Of a DNA stretch of 64,000 bases, positions 27,380-37,689 are shown piece after piece (position 1 is the first letter of the stretch; the number at the start of each line of letters is the position of its first letter). Source of the DNA: Candidatus Melainabacteria bacterium 17Bon1m (GTDB lineage: Bacteria; Cyanobacteriota; Vampirovibrionia; Obscuribacterales; Obscuribacteraceae); NCBI GenBank assembly GCA_032128875.1, contig JAVLKG010000003.1, positions 225,008 to 289,007 on the forward strand. Direction: 5' to 3'. Both the position numbers and the translations under genes were made by a program. Under the pieces are notes generated by a model that saw only the letters and a program-made list of their open reading frames with translations, had not been told where the DNA came from and did not search any database.

Positions 27380-27511
27380 GATGCGTTCTCCATTGTTGGC
27401 CCTGTGGTGCCAATCGGACTTTGACTAGCAGGGACACTGCTGCGTAATCTATTTATGCCCCGATGTACTCGCGCGGCAGCGATTAAGCCAAAGATCTAAG
27501 TATTAAAAGTC

Positions 27512-28504
27512 TCAGCGCTTTCTTGGTCTGCCGTATTCGTCAATTTCCGGGCGCACAAACTGACGGGTCCATTCTTCGGCGTACGCAGAGAAAGTGCCTT
27601 TGCCCCGCAGTTCGCGCAAAGCTTTTAACTGACCTTCAGAGGCATAGATATCGCCTTTGTTGATCCCCAAGACGAGCAATGCACCGCGAAATGCTATTTC
27701 GCCCGCCACCGAACGCTTCGTGTCATCGGAGCCGTCTTCATGCGCTTGAATGGCTTTGGTTGCCTCCTCTGGCGTTTTGTTAATGAGGAAATTTCCGTGA
27801 TAGCCGTCGTCCATGCGGATTAACGCGTGACCGGGATCTTTCACCCCATGCCAACTGTCGATCATCTCTGGTTTTTCATCTTTGTCGAGAAGCGACACGC
27901 CGCCCAACTTCCCTCGAACCTCCGACCAGAGCCGACACTTCTCTACTTCGGTGAGATTTTCCATCTTCCCGATGTCTTTCATGATGTTGGATATGTCATT
28001 GAAGCTGATTTGTCCGTCTTTCTTGCCGTCCGGTGTCAGTCCGTCTTTGTACTTGCTAATCAGACCGTCCGCCTGGCTGTTGACCTGTTTCAGGCGCCAG
28101 TCCGGTATGCCTGAAAAATCGACAGGCAGCTTTGTGATTTTGTTGTCTGGAAAGCGATGCGCTTGCCCTTTGTCGTCATAAGCCACGACATTGTCGACGC
28201 CGCATTCCATTTTTTCGCGGACGACTTTTCCGTTTTGGGAAACAGCTGAAACTACGTCGTTTTTGCCATTGTTATTGGCGTCGCGGCAGGTCGCGCCGTC
28301 ACCCACGATAACTGGCGGACCGTTTTGCCCGTCGAACGCCCTTGTCGCCGCATCCGAGCCGCTCTGACCGGCGGTCGCTACCCGGAGAGTCGTGCCGAAG
28401 TCTTTGGGATTGCTGCGCAGATCGCCACCCAGTTGCAGGTCGCCACTAGGCGCCGGATTGCCAATCCGGGTTTCGGTTGCTTCGTTGCCTGCGTGCGTGG
28501 ACAT
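27512..28504 (-). CDS. Hypothetical protein (EF-hand-like DGKKDGQISFNDI)
   Basis: 330-aa ORF with native-looking codon usage and no signal peptide. Confidence 0.7.
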   Translation of the reverse strand: MSTHAGNEATETRIGNPAPSGDLQLGGDLRSNPKDFGTTLRVATAGQSGSDAATRAFDGQNGPPVIVGDGATCRDANNNGKNDVVSAVSQNGKVVREKMECGVDNVVAYDDKGQAHRFPDNKITKLPVDFSGIPDWRLKQVNSQADGLISKYKDGLTPDGKKDGQISFNDISNIMKDIGKMENLTEVEKCRLWSEVRGKLGGVSLLDKDEKPEMIDSWHGVKDPGHALIRMDDGYHGNFLINKTPEEATKAIQAHEDGSDDTKRSVAGEIAFRGALLVLGINKGDIYASEGQLKALRELRGKGTFSAYAEEWTRQFVRPEIDEYGRPRKR

Positions 28505-28675
28505 AGTAAGGTGATTCCGCGAAGCTTTCTATTTCATTCCCGCAATTGCTTTTGCGGTCACGGCGTTGGGGACTTAACGCACCCTTAGTTTGCATAGAAA
28601 TTGTGGCAAGAGTGTGAAGTCAGATTAGAAAAAGACAGCGCGCAGCGCTCCTCTTTTGCGCTTTATACTTGTGGC

Positions 28676-28948
28676 ATGAACGATTCAAGAGCCAAAACGG
28701 CTAAATCCAGTTTTCTGTGGCAGTTTCTTATTGTGGCCGTAGTCTCGGTAAGCTGTTTTCTTTTGGGGGGCGGATGGCATCTGGATATCAACGACTTTCA
28801 TCCTCATCGTGCCCAAGGTGATGACTTCTTGGATGACATCTTTTCCTATGCCGTTTTGTTTTACTATCGGGGAGGCGCTGCCGCGGTGGCTGGTGGCGCA
28901 CTTGCGGTAATTACTCTGTTTGTAATTCAAAAGCGCAACACGACTTAA
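28676..28948 (+). CDS. Small two-TM membrane protein
   Basis: Two hydrophobic segments; its stop overlaps the convergent gene (TTAA 28945-28948). Confidence 0.55.
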   Translation: MNDSRAKTAKSSFLWQFLIVAVVSVSCFLLGGGWHLDINDFHPHRAQGDDFLDDIFSYAVLFYYRGGAAAVAGGALAVITLFVIQKRNTT

Positions 28949-30162
28949 TCCCAGTCGGGCGCCTTGATGTTATCTAGCTGAGTAAAGACATGTAGAATTT
29001 GGTCTGCATGGGGATTATAGGCGATTATTAGAGCTTCGTTTCGCTCTCCTTTTTCCCAGTGCTTGTTTATGTTCTCCCATGTTTTAGCTGTTATATAGTC
29101 AGGCTTTTGCTTGGTTTCAATGCCATGAATTACATCAGCAAAGTACGCTCCCACGAAAAAAGGCGCGTGATGAAAATCTTCTGCATTGCGCACAGCATCA
29201 GCGACTTCGCCTAACTGTTTGGGATAATCATGCGCAAACCGATTGATATTACGGACTTGAATTTGTGCTGGACCGATAGACTCGCGTTGATCGAATGGCC
29301 AGTTTCCATGCGCTTTTACATAATGATCAGGTCCGGTGTCTTTCACGTTCATGTAATAAAATTGTTCATTCCGAATAGTTGCTGCAATCAAGTCTGGATC
29401 TATTTTTCCAAAACCATCTCCGATGTACTTCTTCAGTGATGGAAAGGCTGTGTTCGCTTTGGAGCAAGCGTCGTAGTCAATAAATTCATCCTCTCTACCG
29501 CGATGCGGATATGCGCTGTCGCCTCCAAACGGTGGCTCTTCTCCTTCTCTCAATTCGGGATTCTGAGCAGCCTGACCAACTCTTTCAATTCCTTTCTTGA
29601 TTAATGCTCTCCAATCTTGAGCAACAACTGCATCCGGTCCCACCTCTACAGAGTCGCCCTGAATCTCCTCAATGTGATGCGTCTGGCCAACATCTGGCGC
29701 TGCCAGCGTTAAATTCGACGCTATCAAAACTTCCTCAGAAGCGGGTTTTTTCAAGGCTGCTAGAGCTTCTTTCCCTTTGCGCTCCATGTACTCGATCGAG
29801 AATCGTCCTTGTGCTTCTTCGTCGTCTCCAATTGCTCTAAGTCCATTAATAAAGGAAGGCCGTGGGTCAACGGAGATTTTCGTCTTTGCGGGCGCTTCAA
29901 TTCCCGCTCCCGTAATTGTGGAATCATCTGTCATCCTAATTCCAAATGACTGATACTCGGCCTTTGCATCAGTCAGACTTTTTCCGTCCTTAATCGTCGG
30001 AAGATTAGTCATAGATTCGAACTTGTTCGGGTTTGTGTTTTGGATGTCCTTTACTTCAGAGGCGCTGGCGTTTCGTGCTGCATTAACATCACCAGTGCTG
30101 AGCGCTTTCTTTTCAGCGCCTTCTTCGACTGCTTGCGATCTCTCTGTCTTATCCTCTGACAT
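28945..30162 (-). CDS. Protein with C-terminal lysozyme/transglycosylase-like domain (possible polymorphic effector)
   Basis: IDPDLIAATIRNEQ ... SIGPAQIQV ... IIAYN match lysozyme-superfamily motifs. Confidence 0.6.
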   Translation of the reverse strand: MSEDKTERSQAVEEGAEKKALSTGDVNAARNASASEVKDIQNTNPNKFESMTNLPTIKDGKSLTDAKAEYQSFGIRMTDDSTITGAGIEAPAKTKISVDPRPSFINGLRAIGDDEEAQGRFSIEYMERKGKEALAALKKPASEEVLIASNLTLAAPDVGQTHHIEEIQGDSVEVGPDAVVAQDWRALIKKGIERVGQAAQNPELREGEEPPFGGDSAYPHRGREDEFIDYDACSKANTAFPSLKKYIGDGFGKIDPDLIAATIRNEQFYYMNVKDTGPDHYVKAHGNWPFDQRESIGPAQIQVRNINRFAHDYPKQLGEVADAVRNAEDFHHAPFFVGAYFADVIHGIETKQKPDYITAKTWENINKHWEKGERNEALIIAYNPHADQILHVFTQLDNIKAPDWD

Positions 30163-30349
30163 AAGACTATTTTTCCCCGAGCAGCCAAAAACGACTAGAC
30201 TGCCTCATCATTATGGAAGAGTGGAGATTTTGCGGATCGCCAATGATAATCCTTCGCACTATTTGGACGATCTTTATGTGATCGCTAATGTGTACGATGG
30301 ACTTCTGTCTATGCCTGGCCTCTCTGCGGAATGACTAATTGCGCAATCA

Positions 30350-30754
30350 CTATTCAGGGCTGTATTCCGGGCGCTGTTTTGGAGCTTTCTCGTCAAGTTT
30401 TAAATGTGGCATCAGCTCCAAAAACAACTCATCAATCGTTTTTGGATTTGAGATAACCTTCTTGGCTCCAAGGTCTAGTGCCTTTTGCTCGTCTTTGCCG
30501 TTTCTGCCAATAAACAAGATTGGAATCACACCAAGCTCTTCATCTGTGCCCAACTCAGACAACAGATCATAGCCGCTACCATTGATCAGCTCTTCATCAG
30601 TAACGATCAAATCAGGCATATTTTTGTTGGTCAGATACAGCGCGAGCGAAAGATCAGCAGCCACAACAACATTGTAATCCAGCGATTGGACTGCTTCTTT
30701 GACAAGCTCGCCAATTCGCTTGTCCTTGCTGGCGATTAGTATGTGTCTGCTCAT
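30350..30754 (-). CDS. Single-domain atypical receiver protein
   Basis: HILIASKD, PDLIVTDEEL, GYDLL, IPILFIG, ALDLGA. Confidence 0.8.
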   Translation of the reverse strand: MSRHILIASKDKRIGELVKEAVQSLDYNVVVAADLSLALYLTNKNMPDLIVTDEELINGSGYDLLSELGTDEELGVIPILFIGRNGKDEQKALDLGAKKVISNPKTIDELFLELMPHLKLDEKAPKQRPEYSPE

Positions 30755-30795
30755 TTGCTTGCCGGATACCTTGATTCTTTGTTGTGGTCGGGGTT

Positions 30796-32358
30796 TTAGT
30801 CGGGCAGCGACCAAACTCGAATTGATTTGTCGTTGCTTCCCGTCAATGCTTGGCGGCGGTCAGGTGTGAAAGCTTCGCTCCAGATGCCGAAGTTGAGCCC
30901 TTTGAATTCAACCAATTCTTTGCCCGAAGAAAGCTCCCAGGTGCGAATCGTTTGGTCCAAACTGCCTGTAATCGCGCGATCTGAGCCCTCTACGAAAGCG
31001 ACTTTTACTACCCAATCTTTGTGCCCGTCGAGCGCTTGAGTTGTTTCTCCCTTATCGACGTCCCACACTTTTGCGCTCAGGTCGCGACTTCCGGTAAGGA
31101 CTTTCATGCCGTCACCCGACACTGCGACTGAGAGAATGCTGTCACCGTGCGCGTTTACCGAGCGAATTTCTTTTTGTGTTCCGAGATCCCAGACCTTCAT
31201 TACACCGTCGTCGGAGCCCGTCACAGCTCTGTTATTGGAGAGAAACGCGACGCAGCGCACTGGTTGTGTGTGCCCAGCGAGCACCATAACTTCTTTGGCA
31301 TCTGGCAGTGAAAGCACTCGGGCTGTGCGATCGAAGCATCCGGTGATTGCGCGCTTGCCATCTGCAGAAATGTCGACGCTCGTTATTAGGTTGTTGTAAC
31401 CACGAAAGCATGCGACTTGATTGCCGCTATCAACCTCGAAAACGCGCACAGTGCAATCGTCTGAGCCTGAGACTATATATCTCTCGTCAGGCGTGAAGGC
31501 GACGCAGTTGACCTGATTTGTGTGGCCCGGATACATGCGAATCTGCTTACCCTGAGAGAGATCCCACAAGCGAACAGAGTTGTCTGCGCCGCCGGAAATG
31601 GCTTTGGTGCCATCCTTTGAGCAGGCGATGCTCTTTACCCAATTGATGTGCCCGTTCATCTGCCTCATCTCGGTGGCCGTCTTTGTTGGCGCAGAAGATG
31701 TTGATGATGAGTCGTAAGAACTGGTTGTTTCCGGCTCGATCTTTGGCTCGGCCGCAGTCGCAGTTGGAGTTGCAATTGCAGTCGGAGTCGGGGCTACAGA
31801 CGTGGTTGTCGGCTCAGCTGTTGCTGTACCTGTATTTGGTGCAACGGTCGCGGAACCATCAGCATCGTGAGTTGCCATAGTCGGCATTGGATACGATGAG
31901 ACCGGCGTTTCTGGATTTGCCGATGTCTTCGCAGCCTCGGCTTTCGCTTCGTTGCTCGCTACCATCCACTCCGGCTTGGGTTTTGCCGCATCAATAGCTG
32001 CTGCTGTTGGCTTCACTCCGAGCTTGGTTTCCATGTCGGCAATTACTTTATTGATGCTTTCCTCTTCCGCTGTTCTTTTCTGCAGCTTGTAGAGCTGAGA
32101 CATTAATCTCAGCGTCTTCAAAACGTGCTCATCCTGCGGACCAAAGAGTTGTGCTTCCTTCATGCAAAGCGTCAATTGCTTTTCTGCTTCCGCTAATTCT
32201 CCGGATTTCAAAAGCCGGTTGCCGAGGTCGTAAAAGGTTTCCCACGCAAGCGAATTGCCTGCGGCCATTGCTTGTACTGCCGGCAACAACGTCATGGTTG
32301 CCGCGAGAATTATGTTGGTGGCGCTGCGTCTTTTGCTAGTCCATCGATTAGAAATCAC
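30796..32358 (-). CDS. Exported WD40-repeat protein with N-terminal TPR-like helices and Pro/Thr/Ala linker
   Basis: Signal-peptide-like N-terminus; seven GH...WD/WE repeats. Confidence 0.9.
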   Translation of the reverse strand: MISNRWTSKRRSATNIILAATMTLLPAVQAMAAGNSLAWETFYDLGNRLLKSGELAEAEKQLTLCMKEAQLFGPQDEHVLKTLRLMSQLYKLQKRTAEEESINKVIADMETKLGVKPTAAAIDAAKPKPEWMVASNEAKAEAAKTSANPETPVSSYPMPTMATHDADGSATVAPNTGTATAEPTTTSVAPTPTAIATPTATAAEPKIEPETTSSYDSSSTSSAPTKTATEMRQMNGHINWVKSIACSKDGTKAISGGADNSVRLWDLSQGKQIRMYPGHTNQVNCVAFTPDERYIVSGSDDCTVRVFEVDSGNQVACFRGYNNLITSVDISADGKRAITGCFDRTARVLSLPDAKEVMVLAGHTQPVRCVAFLSNNRAVTGSDDGVMKVWDLGTQKEIRSVNAHGDSILSVAVSGDGMKVLTGSRDLSAKVWDVDKGETTQALDGHKDWVVKVAFVEGSDRAITGSLDQTIRTWELSSGKELVEFKGLNFGIWSEAFTPDRRQALTGSNDKSIRVWSLPD

Positions 32359-32795
32359 TGGCTGTCAAACCCCTCTGGTCCTGGGAGCCGAATTCCCCAT
32401 ATTTTATCCGGTGGGTATCTTTATTTCTATTGATCTTGGCGCTATTTGAAGAGCGAAAATGCTGCTGGTTTCCCTTTTGATGGTGTTGCATATGGTGGCG
32501 CAAATTTGTTGTGTTGCGAAAATTCTTGTTGTGGTCAGCGGACTTTAGCGAATACTCCGTTTTATCAAGTTGGTATAAAGTTGCGAAATTTGATTGAACA
32601 ATCATGTTCAAATCAAAACAAACCCGCCTCGCATCGGGTATAAAAGAGGCGTTCATATATAAGTGAATAAGCAGTAACGCTGGTTGTCAGGCAGGCGTTG
32701 GTATCCCTCGGTAAGCATCTCCCCGGTAAATTGCTCGTTGAATTGCCGGGACGGTTGTCGAATTAAACATTCAGGTTAGTCCTCAGGGAGGAAAT

Positions 32796-33695
32796 ATGCA
32801 GAAAAGGGTCTTTGGCAAAACCGGCATGGAAGTCAGTGTTCTTGGCTTCGGCGGAGCAGAAATCGGTTTTGAAGGGGCTAATGTGGCTCACGTGCGAGAA
32901 ATGCTCAGCGCGGCTCTTGACGCGGGTTTGAATGTTGTCGATACCGCTGAATGCTACATGGATAGTGAAGAACTCCTGGGCGAAGCCATTTCTTCGCGCC
33001 GCCAGGATTTCTATCTCTTTACTAAGTGCGGGCACAAGTGGACCTATACCGAAGAAGCCTGGGGCGCTGCAGATATCGCTGAAAGTTTGGAGCGCAGCTT
33101 GAAGCGACTCAAGACTGACTATGTAGACCTCCTGCAACTTCACAGCTGCAGCAAGAAAATCTTGCAAAAGGGCGAATGCATCAAAGCGTTGCAGAAAGCC
33201 AAGGAAGAAGGCAAAGTCCGCTTTATTGGATACAGTGGAGATGGCGACGACGCGCTGTATGCCATTAAGACCGGCGCGTTCGATGTTTTGCAAACATCAT
33301 GCAGTATCGCCGATCAAGAGTGCATTGAAAAACTTTTGCCACTTGCGGGTGAAAAGGGCATGGGCGTAATCGCCAAACGTCCAATTGCAAACGCAGCTTG
33401 GCGGTTTGATAGCCGGCCGCAGAACAATTACATTCACGAGTATTGGGAACGTTTGAGAGAGCTGAAATACGATTTTATCAACGGTAAATCCGAAGCCGCC
33501 GGTGAAACCGCGCTGCGCTTCACGCTTTCATCTCCTAACGTTCATACCATGATCGTTGGCACCACAAAACCAACACGGTGGTTGGAAAACGCCAAAGTCG
33601 TCGACAAGGGAAATCTCTCGGAATCGGAATATGAGGCGATTCGTGCGCGCTGGAAGCAAGTTGCAGCAGGCAAAGACTGGGTCGGCCAAGTTTAA
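32796..33695 (+). CDS. Aldo/keto reductase
   Basis: VSVLGFG, DTAECY, TKCG, SLKRLKTDYVDLLQLH. Confidence 0.92.
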   Translation: MQKRVFGKTGMEVSVLGFGGAEIGFEGANVAHVREMLSAALDAGLNVVDTAECYMDSEELLGEAISSRRQDFYLFTKCGHKWTYTEEAWGAADIAESLERSLKRLKTDYVDLLQLHSCSKKILQKGECIKALQKAKEEGKVRFIGYSGDGDDALYAIKTGAFDVLQTSCSIADQECIEKLLPLAGEKGMGVIAKRPIANAAWRFDSRPQNNYIHEYWERLRELKYDFINGKSEAAGETALRFTLSSPNVHTMIVGTTKPTRWLENAKVVDKGNLSESEYEAIRARWKQVAAGKDWVGQV

Positions 33696-33713
33696 GGTTC
33701 TTAGGTCTAAAGC

Positions 33714-33742
33714 GTAGCGGCGATGCCATGCGTCGCCCGGTC
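33714..33742 (+). repeat. REP-like palindrome, family A
   Basis: GTAGCGGCGATGC-CAT-GCGTCGCCCGG. Confidence 0.7.
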
Positions 33743-33765
33743 AAACAAATTCCTGTTAGGCGCAT

Positions 33766-34977
33766 ATGTTTGAACGATTTACTGAATCGGCAATCAAAGC
33801 CATTATGCTGGCTCAAGAAGAAGCTAGGCGGCTCGGTCATAACTTCGTGGGGACTGAGCAGATTCTACTTGGGTTAATTTGGGAGAACAATGGAATTGCG
33901 GCGCAATCTTTGAAGTCGCATGGAGTCACGCTCGCGAATGCTCGAGCGGAGATTGAAAAGATAATCGGTCGCGGGGACGGATTTGTCTCGGTCGAAATTC
34001 CATTTACTCCGCGCTCAAAAAGCGTGCTTGAGACGTCTTGCAGAGAATCTATGATTCTCGCGGACGATGACATAAGCACTCAACACCTGTTGCTCGGAAT
34101 CCTTCGCGAAGGTAATGGAGTCGCATGTCGTGTTCTTGGTCTTCTCGAAGTAGATCGAGAACGTCTTCGGGTTGATCTCCTCAAGGCTATGGGAAAAGTG
34201 GAGCCCAATTTTCCGGACGCACCGGTCGTACCCAAAAATACAGATCTGAGCAGTGGTTACGAATATTCTTGGTATGAGCCAAACGCCATTGCTGCAATTA
34301 AGCGCGCTCGTGGTATTGCTGAAACACTCGGCGCTTCTACGATTGAAGCAGAGCACCTGTGCCTGGCTCTCTTAAGAGACAGTGAACTTCTTCAAATGAT
34401 TCAGGCAGAGAAACGTATTGATTTATCTGCCTTGCGTCAGCAGCTGTTGAACGGTGTTCCTGTGGGCGGCGCAGTTCCTGCGCAATCGATGAGCTTTTCT
34501 TCCGAGGCTACCGAAATCTTGACGAATGCTTGGAAAGTTGTGGTGGAAGAGAAAGCTGTATGGGTCACCAGAGAAGCAATTTTGCTTGGAGCTTTAAGAG
34601 AAGACAACGGAGTGTTTTGTAAATCCCTGCGGGCGGTTAATGAAGTTCCCGACGAAGTTACTAGGGTTGTGATTGAATGCATAGCAGCACGCAAGCGCGC
34701 TGCGGCGCTAGACAAAGTTGCTGCTAAGTTTGCGGCTCCCGTGCCAGATGCGCCGACTTCCAAACCAGAGTCGCTGACTCCTGCATTCGTTTCGCGATCT
34801 CCTGCATCATCGGACGTTGAAGATGGTTCGGTGTCGAGAGGGTGGTCTATCGGCCTAGGGATAGCTGCCTTGGTTGTTGGCGCCATATTTCTAACCGATC
34901 ACGACAAGTTCGTCTTGATAGCGCCTGTTCTCTTGCTTGTTTGTTTTGTCTTGCTCTTCATAAAGACAGATCGTTGA
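33766..34977 (+). CDS. Tandem Clp N-terminal domain protein with two C-terminal TMs, no AAA+ module
   Basis: [37 protein letters not shown], a second degenerate Clp-N and a hydrophobic C-terminus. Confidence 0.85.
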   Translation: MFERFTESAIKAIMLAQEEARRLGHNFVGTEQILLGLIWENNGIAAQSLKSHGVTLANARAEIEKIIGRGDGFVSVEIPFTPRSKSVLETSCRESMILADDDISTQHLLLGILREGNGVACRVLGLLEVDRERLRVDLLKAMGKVEPNFPDAPVVPKNTDLSSGYEYSWYEPNAIAAIKRARGIAETLGASTIEAEHLCLALLRDSELLQMIQAEKRIDLSALRQQLLNGVPVGGAVPAQSMSFSSEATEILTNAWKVVVEEKAVWVTREAILLGALREDNGVFCKSLRAVNEVPDEVTRVVIECIAARKRAAALDKVAAKFAAPVPDAPTSKPESLTPAFVSRSPASSDVEDGSVSRGWSIGLGIAALVVGAIFLTDHDKFVLIAPVLLLVCFVLLFIKTDR

Positions 34978-35016
34978 TAGCTGTTCTTCGTTGATAGCAA
35001 TTCTGTATGGATGAGC

Positions 35017-36489
35017 CTACGGAATTATTCCGTGTTCGCGCATGACTTTGTCCATGTTGTCGTCGATGACGTGCGCATTTGTCTTGTCGATTTCAGCGCC
35101 ATGTGGAAGTAGTGATGTTTTCAACTCACTCATTCGCTTCGCCGCATCCTTCTCGTTCCGCTCGGTGTACAGCTTTTCCTGTGCTTGCATTTCTTTGAGC
35201 AAACGATGCTTTGCTTTTTCGGTTGAAACTTCGAGGAGTGGAACTGAAACAACAACCCAATTCTCCGCATGCGGCAAGTCGCCGCTCTTGCGTGCGAGCT
35301 CGGCCAACAAAAGATAGGTGTTTAGCCGATCTTCCGGCGTGATGCCAAAGCAATAATCTTGAATATCGAGAATTTCTTGTAGATATGCACCAGCTTCTTT
35401 CAGGTCGTCAACTTCCAAATTGTTGCGCACCATACTTGAAAGTGATCTTACTGACTCGGGATGGCTGTATCCGAAAAGGCGCTCTGTGAGGTCCATTTCT
35501 TGCTTGCGGAAGCGAAGCGCGTCCACGTATTTGCATCTTTCTTCGAGTATGTCGGCAATTTGTTGTGACAGCTCTCGCAGGCGAATTGATTTGCGCGGGT
35601 CGTGTTCTTCTATGTGCTCGAACTCACGAATGAGCAACTCTAAGTGCTCATCATCTGTCTGTTTTGCTTTGTCGGTTGCCGCTGCGCCTTTGAGTTGGCT
35701 GATGCGATTTGTGAGTTTCAAAACTTCGTGTGGTGCTTTCGATTTGTCTTGCTCGAATAGAGTCAATGCCTTATTCAATAGATCGACGGCCGCCGGTGTT
35801 TGACCCATCTGAGAGTAAACTTCGGCAAGTGCTTCTAAGATCAGGATTGAAAGTGGGTTTTTGATGCTGGGTTCGCCGACTAGATTCAGCGCTCGCAGCA
35901 GCAAAACTTCTGCATCGTTATATCTTTCCATGCGCTTCAACAAGTCACCAAGATCAAAGAGTGACTCGGCAAGAGTTGGATGTTCCGAGCCGAAAATTGC
36001 TTCTTTCTTCTTGAGTGCGCGCCGCATCAGGGTTTCTGCTTCCGGTAAATTGCCGAGCATCACTTCAGCTTTTGCTAGTTTTGCAAGAAGATTTGCCATT
36101 GAAGCACTTTTTACTTCGCCGGCTGCCTTTCGTAGAACGGCTGCGCGAGAGAAGAATGTAGCTGCGCGGTAAAACTCCTTACGCAGTAAATAGACGCTTC
36201 CTAATGCTTCCAGAATTGCGCTGATTGCAAGATTGTCTCTAGGCGAGGCGCATTCCAGTGCGTTGAGTGTTTCAAACAAAATCGACTCTGCTTCAGTGTA
36301 TGCAGAACGCTTTGCCAGAAGTTCGGACAAACCTTTTGCAGCCTGCGCGCGCGCTGCGTGAGCTGTTTCATCTTTCTTGCACTCTTCAAAGAACGAGCGA
36401 AAGAGGCGCTCTGCATCTGCAGTTTGACCCTGCGCTAATGCTTCTTCTGCCGCCTGCTGAAACTGTTGCCAACTCATATAATCAAACAA
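35017..36489 (-). CDS. Tetratricopeptide repeat protein
   Basis: FGSEHPTLAESLFDLG-type TPR repeats. Confidence 0.85.
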   Translation of the reverse strand: MFDYMSWQQFQQAAEEALAQGQTADAERLFRSFFEECKKDETAHAARAQAAKGLSELLAKRSAYTEAESILFETLNALECASPRDNLAISAILEALGSVYLLRKEFYRAATFFSRAAVLRKAAGEVKSASMANLLAKLAKAEVMLGNLPEAETLMRRALKKKEAIFGSEHPTLAESLFDLGDLLKRMERYNDAEVLLLRALNLVGEPSIKNPLSILILEALAEVYSQMGQTPAAVDLLNKALTLFEQDKSKAPHEVLKLTNRISQLKGAAATDKAKQTDDEHLELLIREFEHIEEHDPRKSIRLRELSQQIADILEERCKYVDALRFRKQEMDLTERLFGYSHPESVRSLSSMVRNNLEVDDLKEAGAYLQEILDIQDYCFGITPEDRLNTYLLLAELARKSGDLPHAENWVVVSVPLLEVSTEKAKHRLLKEMQAQEKLYTERNEKDAAKRMSELKTSLLPHGAEIDKTNAHVIDDNMDKVMREHGIIP

Positions 36490-36650
36490 TCGCCACTGTG
36501 ATGCCGATAAGATCGCACGTCGACATTAGCTTGCCAGCTTAGCGTGTTGCCTATCGCCAGTGCATAGCCAATGCTTAGAATGAATGTTAACACGGCTCCG
36601 CGCAACGGATCGCAAATACGTTGAAGGCGAACCTTTCGTTTGTCTGTCGG

Positions 36651-37175
36651 CTATTGAAGGCGTGAATAGGCTCTGCCACGGCAGGAAGGCGGGTCAACGC
36701 ATGGGTTGCTTCGCATTCCGTTGCGTCCGACCGCGTGGCTTGGGTCGTCCAACATTTGTCCCGGATAAAGCGTTGTGGGCGCAGCTTGCGTGTAAACCTG
36801 TGTTTGCTGCAGTTGATCAGGCATCATAAGTGGAGCGCCGGCTTGCACATATTGTGGCTGCATCATGCCAGGCTGCATCATTGGTTGCGCCATGGGTTGC
36901 ATCATCTGCTGCTGTTGTAGCGCTGCCGCCTGATTGTATGCGGCTTGCTGGTCATCGGCAACCGCAATCGGTCCGCTGTTTGGCAAGCTTTCCATCGCAT
37001 GCGCTGCGCCTGGTCCAGCGTGGTCGACTTGTGCCGCCTGGGGACCCTTATTCATCATGCCTACTGCGCCGCAGTAAACGAAGGTTACTACTCCACCGAT
37101 AAAAACGCCCAAGAGGAGCAGGATGATTTTGCTGAGGACTTCGCCGTTGTCTTCTGTTGGCTGCATAATGCTCAA
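36651..37175 (-). CDS. Single-pass membrane protein with Gln/Pro/Met-rich tail
   Basis: TM IILLLLGVFIGGVVTFVYC followed by a Q-rich region. Confidence 0.65.
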   Translation of the reverse strand: MSIMQPTEDNGEVLSKIILLLLGVFIGGVVTFVYCGAVGMMNKGPQAAQVDHAGPGAAHAMESLPNSGPIAVADDQQAAYNQAAALQQQQMMQPMAQPMMQPGMMQPQYVQAGAPLMMPDQLQQTQVYTQAAPTTLYPGQMLDDPSHAVGRNGMRSNPCVDPPSCRGRAYSRLQ

Positions 37176-37384
37176 AGCTCATACCATTCAATAAGAGGGT
37201 GACGATAGCCCTATTGTATGGATGAGGTCGTATTTGACTATGGTGAAAACCGCAAGGGCGCCACTGGGAAGGCCTTTTACGGGCGTGCCTATTCAAGCTG
37301 GAAGCCCTGTAGTGCTTGGTGCGCAAGGGGTTGCGGCGTTTTAGAGAAACGCCGAGGTGCAAAGAAACTCTGTTTAAGTCTATC

Positions 37385-37588
37385 TCAGGCGTTAAACAGG
37401 CTGAACGGACACTTCAGCAAGAAGTCTTTGATGCTGGGAGTGTTTTCCATAGGCTTTGTCATTGCGGTGAGCGCGTCATTGAAACCGCGGGTGCCCAAAC
37501 CAAGACCGGAAACCAGCGAAGCGCTGGCGTCTATTGCAGAAGCCGCGTTTATCGCTCCATCGCCGATGGATGCTAATTCTTGAGCCAT
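37385..37588 (-). CDS. Small hypothetical protein
   Basis: 67-aa ORF co-oriented with its neighbours; weak RBS. Confidence 0.35.
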   Translation of the reverse strand: MAQELASIGDGAINAASAIDASASLVSGLGLGTRGFNDALTAMTKPMENTPSIKDFLLKCPFSLFNA

Positions 37589-37689
37589 GAAAAGGGATCT
37601 CACGAGCCGTTGACATCTTGTAGCGTACCAGCGGGCTGAGCTTTTGGCAGCTTAATTTTTGGCGAAGCCGTAACACTGTCTTTTGCGAA

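Noticed and set aside
36504-36536. Sixth TGTCA promoter (TGGCA-N6-TGTCG-N11-TATCGG) upstream of the TPR gene
   Set aside because: Both half-sites deviate from TGTCA and the -10 lacks the final T; could be chance.
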